In this document: piece by piece, positions 13,382 to 27,293 of the stretch
How the letters are laid out: each line of letters starts with the position of its first letter
Numbering within the stretch: position 1 is the first letter of the stretch
From: Tubiluchus corallicola
Lineage: Eukaryota; Animalia; Priapulida
Length of the DNA stretch: 56,426 nt
Assembly: GCA_030141605.1 (NCBI GenBank)
Contig: JAQGDQ010001191.1
Coordinates: 1 to 56,426, forward strand
Reading direction: 5' to 3'
The notes under the pieces: generated by a model
The model's database searches: none
Told to the model about the DNA's origin: nothing
The model's input: the letters and a program-made list of their open reading frames with translations, nothing else
Made by a program: the position numbers and the translations under genes

Positions 13382-14456
13382 ATACTTTATACAATATATA
13401 TATTTCTACAGAAAACCTCATGTATACTAGACAATTGCAATGCTCATTTCGAACTAATGAAACATGGTTATTTAATAAAAAACAAATATGACTCCCAGCA
13501 GTACAGTAAAGACATAGACACAGACATAGACATAGACATAGACATTTTTATTTATCTCCTCATTTACACCATTATATACAAATTCACTATTATTTTATAG
13601 TTATTGATTAAAAAGGATAAATTAAGCATAAAGGAAAGAGTTAGGGGGGTGTAGGAGAAAGGGTAGCGAAAGACCAATTGGTCATCGAGTCAGCTACCCT
13701 TCTCAGGTTAGTGTAGATTTTAAAAAATTTGTAGTGCTGCTATTAACATGAATTTATGGGGGCATACATTAAACATGAAAGCAAAATAACTAAATAAACT
13801 ATGCAACAAAGAAATAAAATGAAAAATATGAAATGATGATTAACAAAATGTAGAGCATTTAACTAATCGATTAAAACATAAAAGCTAAAAACAAGTCAAA
13901 CCAAAAAAACATAAATAATAAATCAGTGAATGAAACAAAATATGCATGATAAACTCAAACAAAATATAATGAAACAAAGATATGCAACCGTAATCAAATT
14001 ATGTTAAGCGTAATGATAAAATACTATGGAATGCAAGAACTAGTGCAGAAAAGTAGGGCAAACAAAATATGTAGTGAAATTTGAGTATGTGACAAAATAG
14101 ACAATATGGCTCAAAAAATATAATAAAACTTAATGATAACTGTGAAGCAATGAGCAAAATAATCATAATAAAGTCGATAAATATGAAGTGAGAAAAGCAT
14201 AATATGGAAGTAAAAACATAAGTGGAGCAGCAAAATTATAAGAAATTACGTATGAGAAAAAGTGTTGTAGTTGCTGGATTTGTTTGAAGATTATTGCTTA
14301 CCTTCCCTTTTCATAGCTGCGAAGAAATAATAACAATTTTACACTTTGATGAGTAAAAAGTACTATGATAATATAATTATAGTTAATAGATTAGCTCAAG
14401 GGGAATACATTAACACTAACAGAGAAGATTTATCAGATCTGATCTTAGCAGAAAAG

Positions 14457-17400
14457 TCACACATGGTAATTAGAAATAAGAAAGGATTTATAGTTAATTA
14501 TCAAATAACTAAAGGCGCCATTTTTTAGTTCATTAGACAGACTGTTCCACAACAAAGCACCTTGATAAGATAGAGATCTTTGCCCTTTGTTAGTATTAAA
14601 TCTATGTACATAGAAAGTTTGGTTAGTGGCAAACAATGTATGATACTCGTGCATCTGGGCTACGGATCTGAAGTAATTCTGAAAAATTTCAGGAAGCATA
14701 TTATGTTTAAACCTATATAAAAATTTGGCCATCTCTAATTTATATATATCCTGAAGTTTTAAGATTTTATGCTGGTGGTATAATGGTGTAACATGGGCTC
14801 TTCTATTTGTATTTGTCCAAAGCTTTATAAATTTATTTTGATTAGTAATTAGTTGATACAATGTGGAATGTTGTGCTGATCCATAGGTAAGTATGCTGTA
14901 TTCTAAATACGGTGAAAATAGGGAAGAATATAGAAGTTTTTTCGAATCATAATTCAGGAAATGCCTAATTTTTGAAAAAATACCTAAAATTTTACTGGTT
15001 TTGTTAACTATATATTGTATATGTGCTTTCCATGAAAGATTGTGATCTATTAATACTCCTAGATATTTTATTTGATGTACAGATTGTATCCTGGTATTTC
15101 CCACTGTCAAATTTAATGTTAAATTTTTTACTTTTCTGGGATTACCAATTATCATATATTTAGTTTTGGAATAGTTTATAGAAAGCCGGTTGGTTCTCAT
15201 CCATAGGTCTACCTTTGCTAGTTCAACATTAAGAAATTTTTCTAGGTGACTTATGTTAGTATCAGAACTGAAAAAGTTAGTGTCATCAGCAAAAAGTCTA
15301 GTATGTAATTGGGTATTTCAAGGGAGATCATTTATGTAGAGTAAGAAAAAAAGGGGACCAAGAGTTGAGCCTTGAGGAACACCACACTGCACATTTACCA
15401 GATCTGAGTTTTTATTCGCGATAGATGTATATTGTTTTCTATTGTGTAAATATGACTGCATCAATTGAAGATGCAGGCCTCTGATACCATAGTGTTCAAG
15501 TTTGGCTATCAAAATATCATGTTGTACAGTATCAAAGGCCTTAGACAAATCTAGAAATATGGCACAGGTGTACTTATTGTGATCCATATTTAGTAGCAGA
15601 TTGTCCATAAGTTCAGCAATAGCTAAGGCTGTGCAGTATCGTTTGCGAAATCCAAACTGAAATCTAGAGAGAATTTTGTTGTCGTTTATAAATTTAATTA
15701 GTCTGTCATAAAGCAATTTTTCAAAAATTTTGGAGATATGTGAAAGTAAAGATATTGGCCTATGGTTAGTGGGGTTATCAGGGGAGTCACCTTTATAAAT
15801 GGGAATAATTTTAGCTATCTTTAAACAGTTTGGGAAGGTACCTTTAGTAATAGCCTTGTTAAACAATTTGGTTAGAACAGGGGAAATGTGGAGACCAGCT
15901 GATTTGTAAAAAGATATAGGGTTATTTTCATGACCGGAGGCTTTATTTTGATTTAAATTATTTATTGCTGTATTTACTTCAGCTTCAATAATGGGTGTTA
16001 AGAAAAACGAGTTTGGCAAAGGACGTCCTAGAAAAGACTGAAATAACAGTTGTGTGGGTTGTATTTTAGATGCCATAGAAGGACCAATGGAAGCAAAAAA
16101 AGTATTCATGACTTGACAGATATCAGTTACATCACTTGAGAGAATGCCATCTTTGTATACCTTTTTTGGTGTTATGCGTTGTTGCAATTTAGCATTTATT
16201 AAACTATTTATGGTCGACCAAAGTTTCTTTGTGTTATTTTTGTTATTTTGCAAGGTTTCTTGATAGTACCTTTTTTTGCTAAATATTTCATATGGTTGAG
16301 TTTGTTCGAATAAACTTTGTATTTATTTCTATTATAAACATTGTTAGAGTTTTTAAATGTATTAAACAGTTGGCTTCTAGTTTTAATAGATTTCAGTATG
16401 CCTAGTGTTATCCATGGCTTGTGAAAAGTTACCACTTCACGTCTTGATAGAGTTTTTAGAGGCACATGAGTATTGAGAACTAGATTGAATGTTTGAAAAA
16501 ACTGATCAAAGGCCTCATTAGTAGATAAGTAAGAATAATCAATAGAATTAATCTGTGCGTGCAGTTCATTTAAAAAGGCAGAGGAATTAAAGTTAGTTTT
16601 ATCTCTAATTGTAATTTGAGTTTTCTGTTTAGTCAGATTAGCATTTTTGACAATTGCGAAAATAGGCAAGTGGTCCGCCACTTCATAAGTTATAATACCC
16701 GATACAGTAGGATTAATCAGATCATTAGTATAGATATGGTCTATTAGGGTACTAGAGTTTTTTGATATTCTTGTTGGTCTTGTAATTAGAAGAACAAATT
16801 GAGTAGAAAATAATACATTTAAGTAATTAGAAATATATGGTATGCTCTCGAACTGTAGTAAATTTAAATTAATGTCACCACATATGTAAGCTATAGTACC
16901 AGATTGTTGAATAGCAGTTAATACACGGTCCATTTCCTCTATAAAATGTGTAACAGGTGTATTTGGATGTCTATATATAAGGCCAAATAATATACTCTTC
17001 GAATTGTTTAATGTTGATACGCGGATCCAGAGATCTTCTAAATTAATTTTTGAGATTTCAGTTAATACTTTGCCCTGCCTGTTTACTTTTGTTATTTCTT
17101 TTTCAGTCACTATTTTATATGCATTATTTATAGAGTAGTTTAAATTATCTCTAATACAGACACCGATGCCACCAGCATTGGACTTAGAATTAATACTCAG
17201 AAAAACGTAGTTGTTCAAGTTGCACATAAATGATGAATTATCTTTTAACCTAATCTCGGAGACGGCGATGATTTCGGGCGGTTGAGGGAAAGTACTGAGG
17301 ACGTCAGTCATGTTACCAAAATGTTTTTGCAAGCTACTTACATTAAAGTGAACTATTAGTAAATCCGAAGTATTTTTGTTATAATTAGAAGTTGATTTGA

Positions 17401-17776
17401 GAGTATTTAGATTAACATGCTTACTATCGTAGTTGTTCCCATAATTATCTGGGTCATTTGGATCCCACCTGTTAGTTGATAGCGAAGAGCACTCAGACAG
17501 ACAAGACAGTGACAGAGAGTTAGTTAAAGGAGAAGTCACAGAAAACAAATCATCAATTTCGTCATCTTCACAGCTCTGAAAAGGGAAAATAGACTTTATA
17601 CATGAAATACAGTAATAGGGGTCATTACTAGAACCTAGTTGTAAAAATTGTTCCATAGTCAAACAAGAACACTTATAATGTGACCAAAGATTGCAGCAAT
17701 TACACAGTATACAATACTGGTTTGATTTACATTGTTTAGTACAGACAGAACAAGGAAAACGGATCATTAATAGCAA
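14457..17776 (-). pseudogene. LINE ORF2 (PHD finger, apurinic endonuclease, reverse transcriptase) with one frameshift (about 16260) and one in-frame stop (15318-15320)
   Basis: N-terminal C4HC3 PHD; APE motifs (IIAVSE, GLIYRHP, ICGDIN, STLIDHIYTN, ADHLP); RT motifs (RPISLL, QFGFR, LDLSKAFDTV, GVPQGSTLGP, then after the TGA: LFADDT, KYLGVLID). Confidence 0.9.
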
Positions 17777-17912
17777 TACTTGAGTATGAAGTTAAGCAAT
17801 TAAGGAGATAAATAAAAAATACAATAGTCAAAGCTATAATACAAAAATATAATAGGTTTATAAGAACACGTACCTATATTATGATATTACAGAAATTTTC
17901 TTGGCTAAGTTA

Positions 17913-18803
17913 TCACTGATTACACATCAATATATCTCTTTCAGAATTCACTCTCACAGCTTTAGTATTTTCCGCTTTTCTTATGTAAATTTGCCCTTGG
18001 TTTGTCCATAAGAACTTGAAATTATTATTTCGTTTCGCTTCTAGACATTTGTTGAATAATATTTTCCTGTTCTTTGTTAAGTGTTCATTGACATAAACTT
18101 TGCCATTTCCATTGTATCCTAGATCCTTTAGTGTGGGGGTATTTGTTCTCCCCTTGTACACCAAGTCTCTTGTGAGACGTCTCGTGAACTTGACAATAAT
18201 AGGGGGAGTTCCTTTTTGGGTTGGAATCCTATGTGTAATGCTGATATCACTTTTATCAAGATTAATGTTCATTTTTCCTGCAACTTGGATAACCAATAAT
18301 TCTGCGGTGTTTTCATCTGGTAAGACTGGTATTCCAGCTATGAGTAGATTATCTCTTCTCATATACTGTTCTAGAGCATCAATCTCAGATTCTTTTTCCA
18401 CTAGTTTTGACTCGAGGTCATTTGCAGCCTTTCTCAGGATAACGTTTGTCTGTTCACTCTTTTTTAGCTGCTTGACAATATCTGCTTATTTGTCATTTAG
18501 CTCATCGTACTTCTTCGATAGAAAATTTTGACTTTCCGAGATGGAACTCAGGTCAGTCGAGATGGTTTTCAACTGCTTGGTAAAATCTCGTCTCAGCTTC
18601 ACCAATTCGTCCATTATGTTGTTACTATCCTGATCTTCATGGAAGGAAGATCTGATATTGCCATCATCATGTTCAGAATCTGTGTCATCATCAGAACTCA
18701 CATCTGTCTTTGTTGGCGTCAACTTAGACTTGGGCGTGGTGGAACCCACTAGAAAGCTCTCCACTGAAGCTATTTTCTTAGATTTCGTCTTTGCTTTAGG
18801 CAT
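17913..18803 (-). pseudogene. LINE ORF1 (coiled coil plus RRM/L1-Tnp22-like domain) with one premature TAA at 18486-18488
   Basis: ORFs 18486-18803 and 17913-18401 are in the same frame; motifs EQYMRRDNLLIAGIP, HRI, PIIVKF, VYVNEHLT, FLWT..G.IYIRK. Confidence 0.85.
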
Positions 18804-19202
18804 TATAGCCTATTTGAGTCACTGGATCGATGATTACAGGTAAACAATCTGTTTAAAATACGTTATATTACAAATTTTTTGGTAATATAATCGAAAATAT
18901 TTCCCAGCTTAAATTTTATAAACCGGCGCCATTTGCGACCGCAGCGCCACCTCAAAGAATTGTATAATGCTCATTTGGAATAATTTTGGATTTCATACTA
19001 ATGGTGCGTTCACAAAGTTATTCCAAGTGAGTATTATACAATTTTTTACTATACTGCTGTCAGTCATATATGATTTTTTTTTATAGAATAACGGTGTTTC
19101 ATTAGTTCGAAATGAGCAATGCCTTTCATGACAATTGTTTGGTATACATGAGGTTTTCTGTAGAAATACATATATTGTATAAAGTATACATATATATGTA
19201 TA

Positions 19203-19235
<33 letters not shown>

Positions 19236-19487
19236 ATATATATATATACTCTTTTGAAGTATACTGAATTTCTAGTACCAGTAATGATCAAACTGTTGTT
19301 TTCTTACCCACTTTACCTATAGTATCAAGTAAAGAAACTAGCTAATTACTTATCACACAATTAAGACAATAGCTTTGAAGTAATTTTATTGGCTTTATGT
19401 AGTGTCAGCTTGTGATAGGGGAATTAATTTTTGCAAGGGTAGTGTCAGCTTGTGATAGGGGAATTAATTTTTGCAAGGTTGTTCTAG

Positions 19488-22400
19488 GATGTTGTATTGA
19501 CTGGTGGCTGCTCACATGCTCTTGATCTATGCATACAAGTAATCGCCAATCCAAGCTCAAATATCATTCTACCTCGACCTGGCTTTTCAATATACAAAAC
19601 GTTGGCTGTATCGCTTGGTATAGAATGCAGATACTACGATTTAATGGTAAGAAATAATTTTAATTGCTACCTGCAGTAGTACGTTGTACTGTGTTCGCGA
19701 TCCTCGACGTGTTTTCAGTTATTTCGTACCACACACCAACTTGACATTCAAGCATACGAACCTTTACCGCAACAATGCTGAAAGGGCAGTTTGAAGATAC
19801 AAAATCACATATCTTACAGCGTTTGCAAACTAAACTAAACAGTGGCAGCTCGTAGCTAAAATCATAAAATCAGTGGGGGTGCTGCTTCAGAAAATTTTTA
19901 GCCATTGTTCTAATACTGTGTAAAACGTAACAGACATATGTAATTTTAACGTTGATCAGGTGTTGCACGGCCTATTTTCTTAACTGCAACTTTCTTATGC
20001 AGACACAATTGTGAAAAATTAAGCTGTTGTAGGTCATTTACACTCACATAACTTATTTCTTGTGGACGCTAGGCGTCCATTATTATATAATTACGTTTTA
20101 AGTTACACTTTATCACCTCCCAGAATATGGCGGAACACAGTAAGCACGTGGCAATTGTTACTGTGTTAGGGACAGTACTTTCTTTACCTAGCAGCAGACG
20201 CAAGCGTACAGCGTGTTATTTCAGACATCTGCGCACGGCCGCATGCGTACAACAGTCAAACACCACGTTGCTTGGGCTGTGAAGCTAATTGTGCTTCCCT
20301 CACGTGCTCCGGTTCCGCATAAGTATAAAGAAAGAGCTAAAGAAAAAAGACTTATTATATTGAATATAATTGATAATAATGAATGAAAACAGGGGGTGCT
20401 GCAGTTCCGCAGTACCTATACACGAGCCGCCACTGAAACTAAACTGAATGCTGATGAAGTGTTAATAGTTTCATAAACGTGCAAATTTGGAAAATTTCCC
20501 AGCCTTTGCTAATTTGCCTGTAGAAAATACATTTGTTTTTGTGCTAGATGTCACCTTTGCATGCAAATACTTTCACAGGCCATTGTGACGATTGCAAATA
20601 CCGTTTTTTCGTCTTTTTATTGACGGTTATGATCGATTGTTTAGTTTGGGTTTCTGTGTGTAGTAATCTGTGGTAATCTATAACTTACTTGTGTAAACTG
20701 CAAATCAACTTTTTCAACTAATAAGGCAAAATATTCTTTTAGCCTGAAAACAGTAAGCCTTTTCACAGTTTGGTTGTGCGCACGCGCAGTCACTGTAGAT
20801 CTACCACTGTAGATCTACCAAGGTTAAGGCTACCACAGCAGCGCGTCTTAACTACAACCATCACGTGACATTTGGGTAAAACAAAAACGTCTGCCGCATC
20901 AGTTCAGTAACTTCAGTTGTTTTACACGAACTTCACTTAATTAAGCATTAGTCAATGCACAGGGTGATTTACTAGCAGGATCTTGCTTGAGAACAAGAAA
21001 AAATGTACAAGCTAGCTGCTTGCTGTTAAAACTGTTACTATTACAATGGTATGAACTGCGAGGCGTTGTCAAGTGTACACAAATACGTTGTCTGGTACAT
21101 TTAACCTTTGACCGTTTCACGATCGTCATCAATCGCTAGAACTGTGAAAAGTCTTGTTGGAAAGCCATAAAACACGATATTCTTTTAGCCTGAGAACATT
21201 GGGAAGCCAATTTGTCACAGATCGAGTTCCTGATAGACGGCGACACTGCGGCGTTGGTTGTTAACAACCCGTCCAATCCGTGTGGATCTGTGTTCAGCAA
21301 AGACAACATACTTGACATACTCAGCGTTTGCGAGAAACTCTACGTTCCAATTACAGCCGACGAGATATATGCTCACTTTATAAGTTTTTAATTTGTGCTG
21401 AAAATTAATAATTTCTAGGTCAGCATGTTCACACTGAAAATGGCTAGTCAATCTAAATTCGTTCACCCAATTTCCTCATTACTTGGTATCACTCTCGTTT
21501 GCACCTTTACATAGTGCAAGAACTAATTGGAATACAGAGAATTTATGCAAACACACAGTTCAAAATGCATTTTTTCCAATCTTTCAGGCTTTTATACATG
21601 TTGATAAAGTGTGACATTTTTTCCTGTATTCCAGATTTTTCCCGGAAGCACGTACAATTCATTTGCCAGTCTTTCTGAAAACGTACCAGTGCTATCCTGC
21701 GGTGGTCTCACTAAAAGGTAATTAATCTTGCTACGCATCACTAAAAAGCATTAGGACACGTTGAAAGCAATAATTTTTAGAAGTCTTTGCATTTGCTGAT
21801 GATAAGTATGGTAGAATTTTTTGTCGTTAATTATGCAATGTTAAACGTTGAAATTAAGTGAGAGAAAAATTTAAATTTGCTTTTCCTGCCCTTTAAAATG
21901 TAAGACAGTCTATCTTACTGCTTGTGCAGCGCTGGAACGCAATTACATTCCAGCCAAAACATTTATCTTAAAGGACAAAAAAGGAGAGCCTGAAGTAAAT
22001 TCAGAAAAATTGCTGATATTACTTTATGCAGATTTTTCGTACTCGCGTTTTCATTTTAAATTTCTTATATATATATATATAATGTGATATGATATATGAT
22101 ATTATATGATATATATAATATGATATATATGTATATATACATAATAATCTTTATTTGCCATAAAAAATCGATATGCATAACCATAAAAGCATATACGAAC
22201 ATCGCAGCATGAGAATTCACAAAACTGTTAAAGGCAAATGCGTCTAGTGCAAACTAGAAACTATTGTGCCAAAAAATCAAAAGAAAATATACATTATAAT
22301 GTTACACGCAAATTATAATAGACTATATACAATATATACGTACAATTTAAAATAGACGTGGGTAATTAAAATTTGCGGATGAATATATATTATCATTCAC

Positions 22401-23604
22401 GTATGTAGGGTTTTCAAAACGATTTAATGTATGTATTTTTAATTTTGATTTGAATTTATAGAAAGACTTGATACGTTCTAAACTTGAAGGCAGGGCATTC
22501 CATTATTGAACTCCTTGTTTAGTGACAGAATTGTTGTCGTATTTGTTATTAGCGCGTGTTTATTTAATATTGTGTGTTCTTGGATTTAATGTTGGCTCCA
22601 AGAGGAGTGGAAGCTTATTTTTGATGAAAGGCGTGTTAATATTGTTGATGTATTTATACTAAAACAGGATTGTATAGAAGTCTTTATGTGCTTGTATAAT
22701 CGGTATTTTAAACAGTGTTCTTAATTAACATTTCAACAACGAATTTTTTTTAAAATCTGATTGTGATTCTCTTTTACGCAGGTCAGCATAGATATGATCA
22801 GATTTTCGGAATTTGAAGATGACGTTCAATTCACGGAGGAAATGGTGACAGAGCAGTCTGTGTTTTGTCTTCCTGCTACGGTAAGAATCTTTATTAGGCC
22901 TTACATGATTTAAAATACTCAGTCAACATTGGGTTACAATCTGCAGTTTATTAAATGCAAACATAATGGTAACTACGACAAATGTGATTATTTAAAAATT
23001 AAAAGATTCATGTGTCAAAAAGTTAGAAAGCTTACACAGGTTCACAACCTGACGCTTTCATTTGTTAAAGATGTTTTGAATGACTTAACCAGAATAGATT
23101 TTGCATCTTTTTCTTAACTCATCCATTCTTTTTTTATCGGGTTCACATGACAGTGGGCTTATACAAGCCTTTGCTTCTCTAGCCCACTGCAGTACAATTA
23201 TTCATTTATGATAAAAAATAGTGTATGAAACATAATAATTTATTACAGTATGACGTAATTTTGACGTCACTTTGTGCTTAATGTCATTATATTGTACTGA
23301 ATGTGATAATAATAAACTAAACTATTTTTTCTCTTTGATAACACATGACAGTTTTTCTATGCCGCCAAACGGTATTTCCAGCATAATGAATCTATTTGAT
23401 TTCTATTTCTTATAATGATAAGCTAATGATTCTATTTTTTAGTGTTTCGCGTATCCCAACTTCTTCCGAGTAGTCCTGACAATCCCAGAGAAAAAACTCA
23501 TTGAAGCTTGCGATCGAATCGCTGATTTCTGCTATGCTCACTACAGGGGACCAATACGACAAATAAATGGTGCTGAAAGCAATGGAACAAACCACAGTCC
23601 CTAG
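19488..23604 (+). pseudogene. TAT: Second, disrupted TAT copy. Exons 19488-19646, 21189-21379, 21635-21717, 22782-22880, 23443-23604
   Basis: Exon 21189-21379 ([12 protein letters not shown]...ADEIY) has a 1-nt deletion near its start and its donor reads ATAAGT instead of GTAAGT. The exons between ...SCGGLTKR and VSIDM... (present in copy 1) are missing. No 5' exons are present; the copy starts at the palindrome B centre. Confidence 0.85.
19840..20435. mobile_element. Non-autonomous hAT-type element (MITE), 596 bp
   Basis: TIRs CAGTGGCAGCTCGT / ACGAGCCGCCACTG; exact 8-bp TSD AAACTAAA (19832-19839, 20436-20443). Confidence 0.85.
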
Positions 23605-24870
23605 CAGCACTGACTTCAGAATATTACAGAACACAATGGTCATTGCTAGAGGTGACCAAATTCTGATATCAATGACTAGGAAGGGTTAGATATGAATCAC
23701 GGCTAACGTATCAAAGCAAAAGATACAAAAAATTAAAGTTCCAGGTCATTTGAGGATATTGAGTCGAATTATATGTCGTGTAGAACAGTATTCATAAACG
23801 TATACAGTTCTTCAAATGTTCTCCCATTTGAGACGCAGCGTGAATTATCGTTAAACTTATGATACACGAAAGCGTCCAGCGACTGGAAGTAAAAAAGACA
23901 GGTATCAATTGGTATCGATGGGAATCGATGATCGAGACCAAGGATTTTTATTGCGGATGCAGGACACTTTGGTGCATCATAGTCTTTAGCTGACTACAGA
24001 CTAGATGTAATAATGTAGCTGATTTAATACGTCAAATTGCTTTTAGATAGAAGACACAACTGGGTATAATTTATTAATTTCTTTACGAAGTTAATATGCC
24101 CAGTGTGCGTTTTAAGCTAATAACCTGTTTCATAAACATATAATTCTTATTTATCTTAGTTATGTATGTACATAAAACTGCAAATGGTGATTTTAAAATT
24201 AGTTTAATTATCATAGGCTTAAATATAACTGACATTTTGCAATATAATTATACAAAAAAGCTGTTTTGCTATTTGCAAGTGAATCTGTCTTGCCCCAGCA
24301 TTAGTCAAAAAATGCATAGTTTTAAAATTACGTGTAATAAATTTATGTGAATATTTCCTATAAGCAATAATTTTTTATTCTATGTTGAGTAGTGGTATAT
24401 GGTATGTAGAAGAGCTACATTACTAGTTTTAATACTAAAACAATGATTGCAAGTATTACTGTATTTATATATCTAGAAAAGCCTATACAAAACAAATTAA
24501 CTTACTGCGCAAGGATAATTAAAATACAAAAGCAATTTTACACAATGCTATTCCATAATAATATCGTAAAATATTGCTAATCGATCGCAAAATCAAGCCA
24601 TTGATTTGATTTTTGAAATGATTTAAATTTGCGGTATGTAAATTTGTGATTACTAATATTTTACGATATATGCAATTGCATTGTTGTATTTTTCTTATTT
24701 TTGCGCAGTAAGTTTCAGTTTAGTCTAAACCATAAATATTTTATATTGATTAGCATTACTGTAAAAAGTACGTAGGTAAAAGGAAACAGGTAACTGCAGA
24801 AAGGTGTCTTTTGAAGCAGAAAGCTAACCATTTGTTCCAACGTCTTGCTTAAAAAACCTTTTGTAAATAT

Positions 24871-25255
24871 TTTTTAACAAAACAGTTTTTCAGCTCTCAG
24901 TTTAAAACCAACCTACTGTCTAGTTCTTGCTACTGTTTTTAACAAAACAGTTTTCCACTTGTCAGTCTAAAAACAACCTACTGTCTAATTCTTGCTACTG
25001 TTTTTAACAAAACAGTTTTCCACTTGTCAGTCTAAAAACAACCTACTGTCTAATTCTTGCTACTGTTTTTAACAAAACAGTTTTCCAGTTCTCAGTCTAA
25101 ACATAACCTACTGTCTAATTCTTGCTACTGTTTTTAACAAAACAGTTTTCCAGCTCTCAGTCTAAAACAACCTACCGTTTAATACTTGTTAGTGTTTTTT
25201 AAACAAACAGTATTCCAGCTTTCAGTCTAAAAACAACATACCGTCTAGTTATTGT
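24871..25255 (+). repeat. 65-66-bp minisatellite, about 6 copies (TAT copy 2)
   Basis: Same unit as 5282-5735. Confidence 0.9.
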
Positions 25256-25924
25256 TACATGTTTATGTTTTCTATGTTGTATTTTATTATAAAATTGCAA
25301 TATCACGCCACTAATGTAAAATGAGGTAATTCGCGATTTTTGAACTAAGACACCCAGCCCAGTTGCTGCATAATTTAGTCACTCATTATCTTATTGATGT
25401 CTAAGATTTCACTGGACCTCCTTTTACCTGCAAGAAACATAAAAAGGCAAAATAATTAGAGTACACATATGTTGTAAAAAGTTTGCATTTAATTAACCCG
25501 TCTTGTAAAAACATATTTTTAAATATAGGACAGTTTATTGTACAGTTATGTATTGTATAGTGTATACTTTTGTACTTAAAATTTAGCGACTAATACATTT
25601 ACTGCTATTGAACAAGGATAGAGACTTATCAATGACTCCAATCGGCCCAAATATCTCGTCTTGTATATCCCAAGTATTGTATCGTGATGACAAAAGTTAT
25701 GGCTGAAATCAGTAAACTTCGCGCGGGAAGCATCACCAAGTATGGTCAGAAACTGTATATGTACATTTACATTGAGTTAATGTATCGTCCTGTTAACCCT
25801 GTTTGTCCTATACGGAATGTATAGTTAACTGTACCTGCTTAGTGCACTATATTAGACTGTAAAATTGTTCCACTTACAATTCATTAGTATAGTCAATAAA
25901 TTACTATGACGACGACTGCTGATG

Positions 25925-26450
<526 letters not shown>

Positions 26451-27293
26451 AGATCAAGTCTGCAGATAAATACATAGTTTTGCAAACATCATTTTACTAG
26501 TAAAATATTGCTGAATATCATACGTTTCATATTCATAATTCCCTTTCCAACAATTTTTATTTTTATTTTTTTGAAACATAAGGCATTGCGATCTAGTGTG
26601 AAACTTTGACTGACTTTGCTTGGCCTTTCAAAGGAGAATGAGTCACATTAGGAATTGAAACTTGTTTGGTCTGTTCAAGAGTATATAATAATTAGGTGTA
26701 ACGTCAGGTAATAAAGTATTTTCATTCTGTAAGAGATTTACATACAGATAGTTATCACACAGTGAATTGCGCAAACCAGTTGGGCAAGAGGCATTTCAGT
26801 TTCAACAGGTTGCAAAGCAAGTTAGACCGAGTACCTCAAAGATATGGCATACAAGCGGACATATTTCTCAAGATAAATAGTCACTTTATTGGTCATTTTA
26901 TAAAACAAACCTAGAATTCATTTTTGAAACATTTCTGAGTGCCTACTACATTTTTTACAAAATATTGTTGGAATGTTTTAACAGTGTTGCACACTTGCTA
27001 AGTATTTGCAGTAACAAACAAACTCGAATAAAGTAGCATTCTAAATAATCAATCACACACAAAGTTTTTGACAAATATAGCGCGAAGACTTCGCCAACTA
27101 GTTATTTTTCGATTACTAAATTGGCATAATATTCACGTCACAAATGGAATGCGGCTTCCCTTCAAGTGTGGAACCTCCGGTCATGATGAAAGCATTACTG
27201 CAGCTCACAGCAGGTGTAGAACTTGAACAATCGCATGAAAACAAACATGAATGACGATTACCAAAAGGAACGTCACCCAGCAGCGTACAGTGT

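Larger units (their letters stand above)
13513..18953 (-). mobile_element. Full-length CR1/L2-type non-LTR retrotransposon, about 5.4 kb, inactivated
   Basis: 5' end GAGGTGGCGCTGCGGTCGCAAATGGCGCC; ORF1 and ORF2; long 3' UTR with a stem-loop at about 13656-13703; AATAAA then an (ATGTCT)n tail; AAAGA on both sides (13508-13512, 18954-18958). Confidence 0.92.
12689..19839. other. Palindrome B: about 830-bp inverted arms (12689-13512 plus 18954-18988 versus 19013-19839) around the same 24-nt loop (18989-19012); left arm split by a LINE
   Basis: The left arm is the reverse complement of the right arm, including a TAT exon, a 40-bp tandem duplication and an (AT)n tract. Confidence 0.9.
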
